A program made the translations under genes and the position numbers. A DNA stretch of 64,000 nucleotides from Raillietiella orientalis (Eukaryota), in assembly GCA_036172245.1 (NCBI GenBank), contig JAYWIR010000018.1, forward strand, positions 3,596,001-3,660,000. Direction: 5' to 3'. The notes beneath the pieces were generated by a model. It was given only the letters and a program-made list of their open reading frames with translations. It had not been told where the DNA came from and made no database searches. Numbering within the stretch: the stretch's first letter is position 1; every line of letters starts with the position of its first letter. Shown here piece by piece: positions 52,728 to 64,000 of this stretch.

Positions 52728-55700
52728 CCCGCCATTGTGAACAGTTGCGCTGACTTGGCGCATCGGGGAGGATGCGCCACCACTGGCGACGTCCTCGTAC
52801 GATTTCGCTTCTCCGCGAAGGCCGTGAACAACGGCGCGCCACCGCCTGTGCTCCGCTTGAGGCGCACGTGTTTCGCGCGTTTCTGGCGTGTGCGGTACGT
52901 TTGCTGGGGCGCTCTTCGAGGCGCTCCCGTCGACGCTGGCCTTTCGCCTTCCAGGTCACCATTGTCCAGGAGCCGTCCTTTTCACCGATGACGTCCCCCC
53001 AGGAGAGTCGCTCTCCTGCGAAGCAACGTCTTGTTTCGCGAAGGTCGCGTCGTGACTGGCGGGTGCTTTCCGAAGTCCGCCTCGTTGCGCCGGCGCGTTC
53101 GTCCAGCCAAAGGCGAACGAACGATCCAGGAAGAGGAGTAGCCAGACTAAGAAATGAAAAGTTCAAAGAAAGGGCTGCCCGACCCACCATGCCAGTCTGG
53201 GACGGGGAAAAGCACCCTCAAACAAAGAAAGATACAAGATACGAACGAGTGAAAGGCCAAACGAGCCGACAAGCGTCTTTCGCTTCGGCCGTTTCATCGT
53301 TTCGCAAAGGCCGCTGATTGCTTGCCTGCTTCTTCGTTTACACGAGGCCACTTATCTGCCGTCTTCATGCTGGCGGCTTCGATGTTCCCGGTCGCCTCCT
53401 TGGGTATCAGTCGCCACTGGAATACGCGGTGGTCCATGACGATGGTCCGCATACAACTGATGGCCGCGATGAGCACGCCGCTGCGCGTGAAGCCATGCAT
53501 GACGTACGTGGTGGAGTCTTCCTGCGCGTGTGGAGGCGCAGGAGCGCTCTCCAGGCACCCTTGGCCGCAGTCTTTGGCACGGCACCGCACTCGAAGAGCA
53601 TGTGCACAACCGATTCCACTGCTCCACACCTTCAACGCTGGGGCCCGTCAACTCCCCCCGGAATCGAAGAGGGCGCGCTGCTCCGCAAAGAAAACCCCAA
53701 AGCAACGCAAATAGCAGCTCATCCACGCATGCATTCACGAGAGTCTGCCAAATCGCATTTCGATCCGTGCAAAATGTGGCTTTCCATCCTCGGCCCATTG
53801 CTTTCCGAATGGCATGCGTTCTCGCGAAGGAGCAAATCCATTGCAAGGCTGCGCTGCATCCACACACGTGTTGCTCGTAGACATTCGAAGCTGCGGGACG
53901 CACACTATGGCAGGCAATGCACTCCTTCCAAAGCGCACATCGATAGGCATGGAAAATTGCACTCCAAGACACGATTCCCATGTTCCCACGTATGCGTTCA
54001 CCGTGCTCCTCGAAAACACTACTTGAGCCTCTGAATTCGTGTCAGCAGGGACGATTGCCCATTCCTTTTCTTTTCCGCTTGCGGAAATGAATGTCGTCAA
54101 TGGAGCTGAGAAGAGGAAGGAATGGGTGCATGCAGCGTACGTTCCGTCTTCTCGATGGAGCCTTTCACTGCAACAACTGACGTGCGATGGATACGCGTCA
54201 GCGGAACGAACGTGTACAAACCGAATCCCGCAATTCATCTGCAGCTCGTGCTCACCGCGGAAAGGGGTCGAGCAGCAGCATTTGCGTTCCTTCGTCTTCC
54301 AACTGTTCCGAATTTGCAGCATTGGCTCGCGTGCCTGAGATTCTTGTGAACGGATGCTCCGCGCTGGCGTGCATGAGTTTCGCAATCCATCCCGAAAGGA
54401 CTCCTCCATTCCATACGTGTGATGGTGATTCGCTGTGTTTCAGCGTGCACGCGTGGCTTTCTGCTGCCCCACACGGTGGCTCCAGTTTTCGCGTGTCTCC
54501 TTCACGACGCGTCACATTGGCACATTGGACAGGAACGTACCTTGGACACAAGTGTTCATGTAGGGAGGTTGCTTGCATATGGCTGCGGCAGTGTCAACAT
54601 CATTCTTGCCAGAAAAAGGAATGTGTTGATGCGGGAATGGAGAAATTTTGTCATTCGCAAAGGGAGCTCGCTGGAGGAAGGGTTGCGAACTGGAGATGGC
54701 CATTCGGTTGCATGGAACGAACAACGGATCAATTTCGCTTACGAATTTCACCGGGAAACTGAGGCAGACTCGTGTTCAAGGCAACTCTGAATGAATGGAT
54801 CGTGAAAGACTGCGTTGTGGCAGCTGGTCAACGTACTCATGCATCATCTTTGCAAACCCCTCTCGTCCTTCCTGCTTACCATTTCCGAGATCCGCTTGTT
54901 CGTGATGGACGCGGTCCGCACGGGCAACACTGAAAAAAAATGATCCCGGAAACAGAAGAAAAGACCCGGTCGTTCTTGCAAAGACATCTTGAAGGATTCC
55001 CATTCCGGATGAAAAGAACACCTAGTCCGAAGCAACCACTTTGGCGAGATGTCAATGCTAGTTCTTATCAGCTTCACAAGGGTCGACGGTAATTTTCGAG
55101 AAATTGCCTACCACGCACTTCGGGAGTGCATTGAACTGCTGCCGTCCACCTCACACAGAAGCGTTTCCTCCACGTTCACTCGAAGAACGAATACCTTTCG
55201 TCAGGGAATACGCATTCGGTGCCGAGTGGCTTTCAGGACAGTACAACTCGGAAGAAGACGCGACTTTCCATTGCGAGTGCAAGTGCTCTAAGCAATTGCT
55301 CACATCCTCCGAAACGCGTTTTGCGTTTGCACGCGCACGCTGCGTGCACATCCGTCCCATCGAATGCGGAGTTCGTGTGGTCGCCAAGCGGAAAATGTAC
55401 ACACGTGGCCGCAAACCTTTTCCTAGCCAAACATGGCGCGATCCATGCAAAGTGGGTTCGTTCCCAGTTTGGAAAATCCGCACCGTGTACGACTGCCGAA
55501 AAGTGGGGTGTGAGCACGAATGCTGATTTGGTTGTGGTACGCCTGCGCACTCGAAACCTGGCTTCTATGTCATCCATGGACCACGCACACTCGAAGCAAC
55601 GCAACCGTGGCATCTGCTTCTCCCAGCCCAACCATTCAGGGATACACAAACACTTTCATTCAATTTTCAGATTCCGGCGCTCATCGAGCGGCAGCCGGGT

Positions 55701-58283
55701 AGACGCAGCAAAGCAGCAGGCGGAAAAAGCGGAGCACGCTGGCCCGCGTGCCGGATTGGCGAGCTGGCGACCTGTCTGCCAGCCGGTCCATGCGTGCGCC
55801 AGCAGCCGAACTGCAGCGCTTTCGTTCGCTGCCAGCGACTGCGAGTCCGCTGGAGGAGCTGCTGCTCGTGCCGCCCGCGGCAACCAGGCGCCAAGCGGAG
55901 CTTTCTGCAGCAGGACAGCCTCCGCCCAGGCTGCCGCTGCCACCGTCCGTGGCGACACTGTCGCCTGCCGCCGCCGCGCAGCTGCTGCCTTCGATGGAAA
56001 CACTGCGCTCGCATCCTTCTCCAGGTCCACGATCGGAAGCAGGCGCCTCCTGGACCGGTGTGCACACCGCCGCTGCTGTGTGTCGCGCGGGACCGTCGTC
56101 CTGAAGGCCGCACGCCAGGTCGCAGGTCGCTTCTGCCATGCCGGACGTGAAATACGTCCAGTCGGCGATGAAGTCGTCTGCCGGTGCGTCGCCTTCATCA
56201 CGGTAAGAATCCGGGAACGGGACGTCGCTCACGTTTCGCTGCTCCAGGCTGGTCCACGGATCCCATGCGCCGACGCTGCCTCCGTTCGGCTCCGAGGATA
56301 CCGAGCTACCGCTGCCACCGTCCGTTTCGCTCGATAGAAACGTCCATTCGGTGCAGCAGGACGACGCCGTTCCGCATCTTGGGTCGGCTGCGCTGGCGCT
56401 GCTGCCGTCCTCCGTCGCCCAGCTCCTGTCCCCGATGACGGCCCGCTCCTCCAGGCTGTTGCTCTCATCCTGGCTTGGAGCGGGCTCCCGTGCGCACATG
56501 GCGCTGGTGGTCCGGCCGTGGCCGTCCCGCCGTGGTCTACCAACCGTTGCTGCGTGTTGGCCGTCGCTACCTCCCGACCACGACGAGGAAGACGCCGAAG
56601 AGAACGTTTCCGACGCTCCCTGCTGCCGCGCCTCAACGTCTACTTTGTCCAGGGCACGCAGCAACTCCTCCCCTACTGGGGTCCTCTCCTCCACCTCGGC
56701 AGTGCCAAAGGGTGCATCCGAGCAATCGCTCTCGCCTTCCACAATCAAAGCATCCTGAGAACCGCTCATCTTGGCACGAAGCAGAATTTCCTGCTGGCAC
56801 TCGATGCACGGACACGTTTGCTAAACAAAGAAAGAAATCCATGGAGACGACAACGCATCTTCCGTAAAAGAAATAGCCGGGCAACGGTTTGTAAACCCGC
56901 TTCTCTGTAGCTCGGCCACGTAAGGGATGTGTTTCTTGATTTCATTTTTTCTCATCGAAAAGTTTCAGTCGATGAGGATTATCCTCGGTGATAAAATTGG
57001 GAATTTGTTCGAGGAAGCGGATGAAAGAAATTTCCGTTTTCAGCAGACACCGCTGCACGGATACAGGAACGTTTCTCCCGCTGACGTTCGGTCAAGAACA
57101 AGACTTCCAAACCAGCTGTCAGCAACCTGACAAGGTTGCGTCTTGCGTCTCTCACTTCGGAGAGACAACGTTTATGGCTTCGTTTTGGCGTGGAGTAGCA
57201 GGTTCCAGGGGGTGTGGGGGAGGGGGGACTCCACACATTCCGCCGTGGATCCGCCTCTGCGTACGTGGGACGGTCGTCGCTCCTCCCATTGTAGAATCTT
57301 CCGTTTCCTGGCCTCCGCATACAAAGAGCAGACTGTTCGGGGGCTTCTCCGGCTGGTAATCGCTTTTCCGTGAGCATTCCTGAAGTAGCGGATGCCACCA
57401 TCGCCACCGAATTCTTCTTGTGAATTCCAACTTGTGGCAGAATTTCCGAGATCCTAGGTTTTCGGAGAGCCAGCAAGCAATCTGTGAACCCTACACCGCT
57501 TGCCCTCTCTGCCTAGCAGCAGGGCTTGCACCATGCCGAAGCGACTGCTCCGCACACCACGAAGCATGCGCAGCTCTTCCCGAAAGTCTTCCCAACGGCG
57601 CCATGCATGAATCGCTCGTGGTGGACGTTTCGCGCCGGAAATCTCCGAAAAGGATGGCGAAATTCGAAACCAGTTCGTGACCCGCTGTGCGGAACATCTC
57701 AATCCGCGGGCTGTCCGTCCATCCATGCACAGCGGTTCGACTGCCCGTGCTCCCACTGCCCACAACTGTCTGCGAAGCTACGCGTGCAAGACGCGTACGT
57801 CCACCTTTGGGACGCAGGCAAGCGTCCAGGGCTTAAGGAATCTTGCCAAGAGAGGTATCTTCGATAAGAATGCCCTTCCGGTATACAAGGAAACCACAAG
57901 GAGAGGAAGGGCCACACGATTTGCCGAAGCGGCCGGCACTTGCACGGAAAAACGCAGCCCCAAAAGTCGCACGCGGGGAAGACGAAGCGAACCGATTGGA
58001 AGACGCGCAATGGCAAAGCGCCGTCGCCATGGAGCGCAGCTGGAAGGCGTTTTCGCCCTCCACCGATCGCGCGGCAGGTAGGCCGCTTGCAGAGGCGCTC
58101 ATGGTCCAGCAAAGGGACGCAGCTGTCTGTCGCTTTCGTGAATAGCGGAACCGCTGTCGCGCTCNNNNNNNNNNNNNNNNNNNNNNNNNNNNNNNNNNNN
58201 NNNNNNNNNNNNNNNNNNNNNNNNNNNNNNNNNNNNNNNNNNNNNNNNNNNNNNNNNNNNNNTCTGCAAACCCCTAACTGACC
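52728..58283. repeat. Copy 2 of the 5.4-kb duplication (spans the N gap)
   Basis: Matches 39448-44895. Confidence 0.92.
58165..58262. other. Assembly gap (98 N)
   Basis: Run of n. Confidence 1.
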
Positions 58284-58360
58284 AGGGGAAGGGAAGCTGG
58301 GGGGAAGATGCGGCGCCCGGAGCCTTTGCGGTCGCAGTCGATCTGCGTAAAGTTTTTGAT
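58284..58360 (+). mobile_element. Small RT fragment of the same non-LTR family
   Basis: APGAFAVAVDLRKVFD matches GALAVAVDLRKAFD in the neighbouring RTs. Confidence 0.8.
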
Positions 58361-58363
58361 TTT

Positions 58364-61300
58364 CACCCGGTTTTCTCCGTGTCTTTTATTGAAAAATAAA
58401 CTTTTTGATGAAATTACTTATGGCTGTGGCAATGCTATCGTCAGAAGCCAAGAACCACAAAGCCTGCCAATCCAGCGGTTCCTAGACCGGTACGGTCCAC
58501 CAAGGCAGCAGGGGAAAGGGGAATAACAAAAAACTAAACAAAAAGAAACAAAGGGTTGGAGGGAACGGGAGAGGATCAGTATTGCTGCTGGGGCCGCATC
58601 ATCCCTTTCAGTATGCAGGCAAGCTCTTGTTTGTTGTGAACATCCAGTTAGGGCTATCGCGGCGCCCTCCTCAGGAATTGGTAAGCGTACTGGATGGCAT
58701 CCTGATCGCTGGATCCTCCCGTCGCTTTGCTCCATGCGGCGACGATTCCACGAAGGCAGCACAAGGCTGCTATCGAGGACGCTGGCCGAAGGGCGTCGGT
58801 AACGAAGAAGGCTTTTAGTGCGTCCCTGGGGTTGCCACAAGGGATACCGATGGCCGCGGCTAAGTGGAATTAAAGGGGCCGAAGGACAACACAATCCACT
58901 AGGAGGTGGGGAGGGACTCCCGTTGCCCGCACCTTACACAATTGGGGTTTACCGCTCCCCAGGTCCAGTGGTGTCGACGGGCGTTGCAGGGGAGTCCCCA
59001 GTGCTGCAACAGGAATGCCGACTCTTGCCATATTAAAGGTAGAATGGAAGTGTTCACAAGAACCGAGAGACACTTCAGATGTTGAATCGGACCATCGAGC
59101 AGCGCTCCCCAGCGCAGAAGTCCATTGGGAGACGTACTCGGGGTCGCAGAATCAGTTAGCTGGCCCGTCTTCCACTCTCTCTGCTTCTCCTCCTTCCCGG
59201 AGATTTTTATTGTAACCTCCCACTTCGCCGCAACATCGCTGTCCTGATGTTCCACTAGGGAGTCCTGCGCAGCAGCGAGGGGGATTCTTTCCGACCACGC
59301 TCTCTTCTTAGGATCCTCCAGGATCTCACGAAGCGTGCAACTTCTGTAACCCCCAAACAGGAACCTTTGTTCCTGTTGGGAGCGTTGCATGCCGAACTGT
59401 CCCCACGTGCGAACGGTTTCCTGCAACCAGGCACTACCGTTTGCGGGGAGGCATGTGATCCATCCTTGATTTTTCCTTGCCAGCGCAGCCACCCTTCGTA
59501 GCTGAAGCCCACATCGGTTGATGCGGCGGCGATGGAGTGCAAGAAACGACGTAAGTCCCGCCTTGCCGGTGGCTTGCTGAAGGAGGAGACGTGCAGGGAC
59601 GCACCAACAGGTGCACCGCAACTCCGGCACAAGTGCCAAAATCCGGAACTGGAGCTGCAGCTCCAGCCGCTGCAATGTCAGGAGGCCGAGACCACCGTCC
59701 CGACGCGGAGCGCACAAGTTCTTTAAGCGGACTCGGGCCCTCCCGTTTCCCCAAAGGGCGATACGAAGGAGGTCCTTTGTCCGCTTTTTAATCCTTTCTG
59801 TGGGGAGACAAACAAGAAGCAGAGGGCGGAGAAGAGGAGCCGCGAACGTGTTCCAAACCGCGGCCCGTTCAGGCAGGGAAAAACCTGCTGCCTCGGAACG
59901 GGCCAATCGCCGTCTCTACTTTTTGAAGGCAGCCGGACCACGCTTCCGCAGGGGAGTAGTCCCCCAACGGCACACCAAGGTACTTGAAGTACCTCACCGT
60001 GGGGATTCCCAAACGGACCCAGTCCTGCTGCCCTGCCCACGCCGCACCAACTGGCATCACGCACGACTTCGCCCTGTTCACCGTGAGCCCGGTTCCTCGA
60101 TTCAGCAGGTCGAAGAACTTCTCGACCGCCGAAGCCGGGGTGGACATAGGGAGCAGTAGCAGCAGGTCGTCCGCATATGCTGAAACCGCGAGCGTTCCGG
60201 CGCATTCATGTGGCAGGTGCGCCAGAGTTTCCTTGCACGCTTTCAGTACCAACTCAAAGTAGGTACTGAAGAGCAAGGGGCTCAGGCTGTCTCCTTGCCG
60301 GATCCCACGTCGCACCGGCACGCCGTGAACAGTATGCCCGCTGAAAGTAACATTGATTTGCGCATCGCGCCAGCTAGAGCGCAGATAGGCCAATAATGAG
60401 GCCGGGAAGCCCAAGCGTTCCAAAAGCTCCAGCAGGAGATTCTGGTCGACGCTGTCGAATGCTTTACGCAAGTCGACAGCGACCGCAAGTGCTCCCTCCC
60501 CCATCCGACCAACCGTCGCATGGCTGACGGACTCACCGGAATTCCCAGTGCGCATCAAGCCCCTTTCGTGTTGGAGCTCTAGCCAGGTGGAAGCGTGGAA
60601 CAGGTTCGCCTCCATGCTTCGCCCGGGAACAGCATACGTCTGTTCCGGGCTGATGAAGGCGTTTGCAACCCGTCCCAAGCGCTTAGCCCAAACCTTAGCT
60701 ATCAACTTGGCATCCGCATTCACTATTGTGATGGGACGCCAGTTGTTCATGCTCCTCAGATCTCCTCCCTTAGGGAGAAGCCGCACCTTTGCCGAACGAA
60801 ACGAGGCGGGAACGTCACCTGTCTCGCGTATCAGCAAGGTGAGTTGCTGTACCAGGGGGGTAAGCTCAGCCGCGAAAGTTCGGTAAAACTCCGCGGACAG
60901 GCCGTCCTCCCCTGGAGCCTTGCGCCTCTTGAGCTTTCCGATGGCCGAGATGATCTCGCCCATCGTGAAAGGCTCGTCGAGGGACTTTTTCTCCTCCTCC
61001 CCGATTGCAAGAGCGCCTTCCGAAAGCAGGAGTCGTCAGAAATCCCGCTCGGGAGGCGTTCTTGCGTACAGAGAGGAGTAAAAACGCCGCAGTGGACCGC
61101 GGATCTGAGCGGGTGCCAAATGCTCCTGGCCCTGATCGTCCAGCAAGCTGGCCGATCCTGACTGCCAGGCTTGCCTCTCGGCTCCCGCTTTGTATTCCGC
61201 CAGCCTGCGGATGTCGGGGGTCCTGACGTAACAGCGAGCCTGCAAATACGCTCGTTCGTTACGTACCCCGTCCCCAAATCCCGCAGGTAGGCGGTGCAGA

Positions 61301-61695
61301 GGGAAGTGGTTGCAGAACTCCTGGACCGACCGTTTGAAGCGGTCCCAATCCTGGAGTGTCTGCATCCTGAAGCTCCGTACAAACGTGCGGAGATGTTCCG
61401 TCGCGTCTGGGAGCTTCAGCCAGTTCCCTGGCAAACGCCACGCTGACGAGAGGGGGCCCCTGTCGTGCGGAATGATTTGAACCACGATTGGTCGATGGTC
61501 GGACAAGTCGCACGGTAACTTGCAGCGATTGCCCACACGAGTGCACAGGTGCTCGTCAAGGAACACGTGATCGATGTTGTCCTCCATCCCTGGTACACTG
61601 GCCAACAAATTACAAGTGTGCACCGCCGTGCACACCTCGTTGACCAGGTCCCGCTCGTGATTCGGTCCATCCGGTTTCAGGCGAACGTTAAAATT
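58364..61695 (-). mobile_element. L1/Tx1-type non-LTR retrotransposon, 5'-truncated within APE; ORF2 frameshifted
   Basis: APE C-terminus (IDHVFL, LSDHRPI) at 61036-61701. RT (KAPGEDG, WRPITIVNADAK, DLRKAFD, GIRQGDSLSPLLF, YADD, KYLGV) at 59869-60963. C-terminal CVRCGQRESL at 58899-59906. 3' motif variant at 58364-58390. Confidence 0.95.
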
Positions 61696-61698
61696 TTT

Positions 61699-64000
61699 CA
61701 CCCGGTCACGCCGGGACGTTTATTGACATAAACGAGCTGAAAACAATTGCTTCCAGCTCTCGACTCTGAAAACATGCAGCGGAGATTCACCCCTGACACG
61801 CAGGCCAGGAAAACGGAAGAACATGGACGACTGAGGGGAGTCCAAAAAAAAAAAAATTGTAAATTGGAGGAGTGGGCCAGGGAACTTTGATGTTGCTCCG
61901 CACTCACCGGGAAACTCAAAAGTTTTAGCACCAAAAGGACTGCGGAGCGTATAGAGAAAAGGACGCAAGAACAAAAAAACCAATCAAAAATAAAATCAGG
62001 GCGGATCACCGATTTCGTCGTTCTAAGCCGTTGCTGATCCGGCGATGGATACCGGTTAGCTCCTCCGTTGTGTCTTCATATAAGTGTCGCCACCCAGCTG
62101 CCGACCTGATGAAGTCAGCTGCCTTCCTGATGACACAACATTGCTGTCCAGTATTCTCCAGCACGTCTCGGATCGTGACGATGGCGCGGATGCAACCAAC
62201 AGTGGAAATCGTCGCAGCCATCGAAAGTCCTTGTGTCTGGGAGAACCGTCGCAGCACTTCTCGAGCGGTGTCTCCTGGTGACGGGAGAGCTGCTGCTAGC
62301 CTCCTCCACAGTTCCTGCAGGGCACCGCAGTCCATAACAAGGTGCGGGAACGACTCTGTCGCTCCGCACCGGGCACAGTAGGGAGAAGCCACTCCACCGG
62401 AAACTCGGTGGCGCCGCTCGTTGTAGCGCAATCCCCAGTGCAAGAAAAGCAAAACGTCTTGCTTCCATGCAAGGGGAAACACCGAACCGTCCAAACACCA
62501 GATAGGGACTATAAGTTCTTCGGGGGCAACACCAAGAGCTTCTCCCCACCGAAGAAACCCCTTTGGTGTAGCACGAGGAGTGGCGGCATCCGCAAGCTCG
62601 CTCGTGGTCCATTCGCCAACTGGTTTTGTTCTTCCTGCAATGGTGCAGGAGAACTCCCACCTTGCCGGCTGGCTACTGTCATCTCGAGCCTCGAGGGCAG
62701 ACAGTGCTTCGGCAAGGGGGGTGGCGGCCAAGGAGGAAAGCTTCACCTCGTCCTGCATGACATCTTGGAGTGACCAAGGCTGGAATCGACGCAGGGGGCG
62801 AAGATCTTCACGGCTCATTCCTAAGAATGCAGCCCACGAATCAATGGATTCCTGCTTCCAAGCATTATAGTTCATTGGGCGGCAGGTAATCCACGTACTG
62901 GCTTCCAATAGGGTGGCGATTTTCCTCAAAGGATAGCCAAATCCCTGTTTCCTGTGGCGCAAGCCAGGCACCAAAGAAAGTAATCCTTCACTGCCTGCAC
63001 ACCTTCTCAGGAGGATGCGCGCAGGCGCACACAGGGGGGAAGTCCATAGCTCGGCACAAAGTGCGAGCATCCAGAACTGCACTTGCAGTCCGATTCTCTC
63101 CATCGTCAGGATGCCAAGCCCAGCATCCCGACGTGGAGCAGTGAGGTCTTTCAGGCGGATCCTGGATCGCGCCGGACCCCAGAGAGCGTTCCTTAGCAGG
63201 CGTTTTGCCCGCTCTTTTACCGCATAGGGGGGTCCAAGACAAAAAAGAGGGGTCAGGGGAGGGGGGCCACGAAGGTGTTCCAAATAGCCGCCCGTTCCGG
63301 CAAGGTGAACTTGCCGTTAATGAACGGGCTGGCGGCCAACTCGGCCTTATGAAGGCAGTCCGACCACGCCTCGGCAGCGCCGAGGTCGCCCAACGGAACG
63401 CCAAGGTACTTGAAGTACCCCGCCGTGGGGATCCCCAGGCGGATCCAGTCGGACTGCCCCTCCAACGACGCACCCACAGGAACGACCACGCTCTTCTCTC
63501 TGTTCACGCTCACGCCCGCTCCCCGACGAATCAGGTCGAAGAAATCTTCGACACTGGACGCCGGGGTGGACATGGGGAGCAGAAGAAGCAGGTCATCTGC
63601 ATAGGCAGACACGGCAGGCGTTCCCGGGAAAGAGCTAGGCAGGTATTCCAGCATCAGCCTGTATGCTCTCAGCACCAACTCAAAGAAGATGCTGAAGAGC
63701 AACGGGCTTAAACTGTCACCCTGCCTGATGCCCCTGCGCACGGGAATACCGTACACGTGGCAGCCGCTAAAACAAATGCAAGTTAGCTCGTGGCGCCAGC
63801 ATGCGCGCAAGTACTTGAGGAGTTGAGCCGGGAGACCCAGGCGTTCCAAGAGCTCCAATAGGAGTGCTTGGTTCACGCAATCGAACGCCTTGTGGAGGTC
63901 GACTGCGACCGCCAAGGCACCCGGCGTACCCTCTTGCCGCTTCTGTCGATACCGTGTGCCTTTAGCAGTGGCATTTGTCACGGATCGACTTTGCTGCGCT
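61699..64000 (-). mobile_element. L1/Tx1-type non-LTR retrotransposon (RT + C-terminal zinc finger + 3' UTR), continues beyond window
   Basis: RT at 63253-63981 (DLHKAFD, GIRQGDSLSPLLF, YADD), a frameshift, then 62006-63283 with CARCGATESFPHLVMDC. 3' motif at 61699-61724. Confidence 0.95.

Overview
Eukaryotic nuclear DNA, most likely from a pancrustacean arthropod (the mitochondrial insert has cox1-trnL2-cox2 order), in two compartments. The first (about 1-21 kb) holds three intron-containing host genes: PPIE/cyclophilin-33 (minus strand, runs off the left edge at a U12-type donor), a divergent Tektin-2-like gene with a piggyBac remnant in intron 3, and KLHL10. The second (about 23-64 kb) is a dense accumulation of foreign DNA. 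It contains a hAT element enclosing Wolbachia-like DNA (intergenic repeat plus an hlyD fragment) and a near-complete CRESS-DNA virus genome linearised inside cap (spliced Rep, stem-loop origin, cap split over both ends). It also holds a nest of L1/Tx1-type non-LTR retrotransposons that share an AATAAA...CCGGGTG 3' end, a degraded and rearranged NUMT of about 3.6 kb, and a 5.4 kb near-identical duplication next to an N gap. All protein identifications come from motif recognition and recall, not from database searches.
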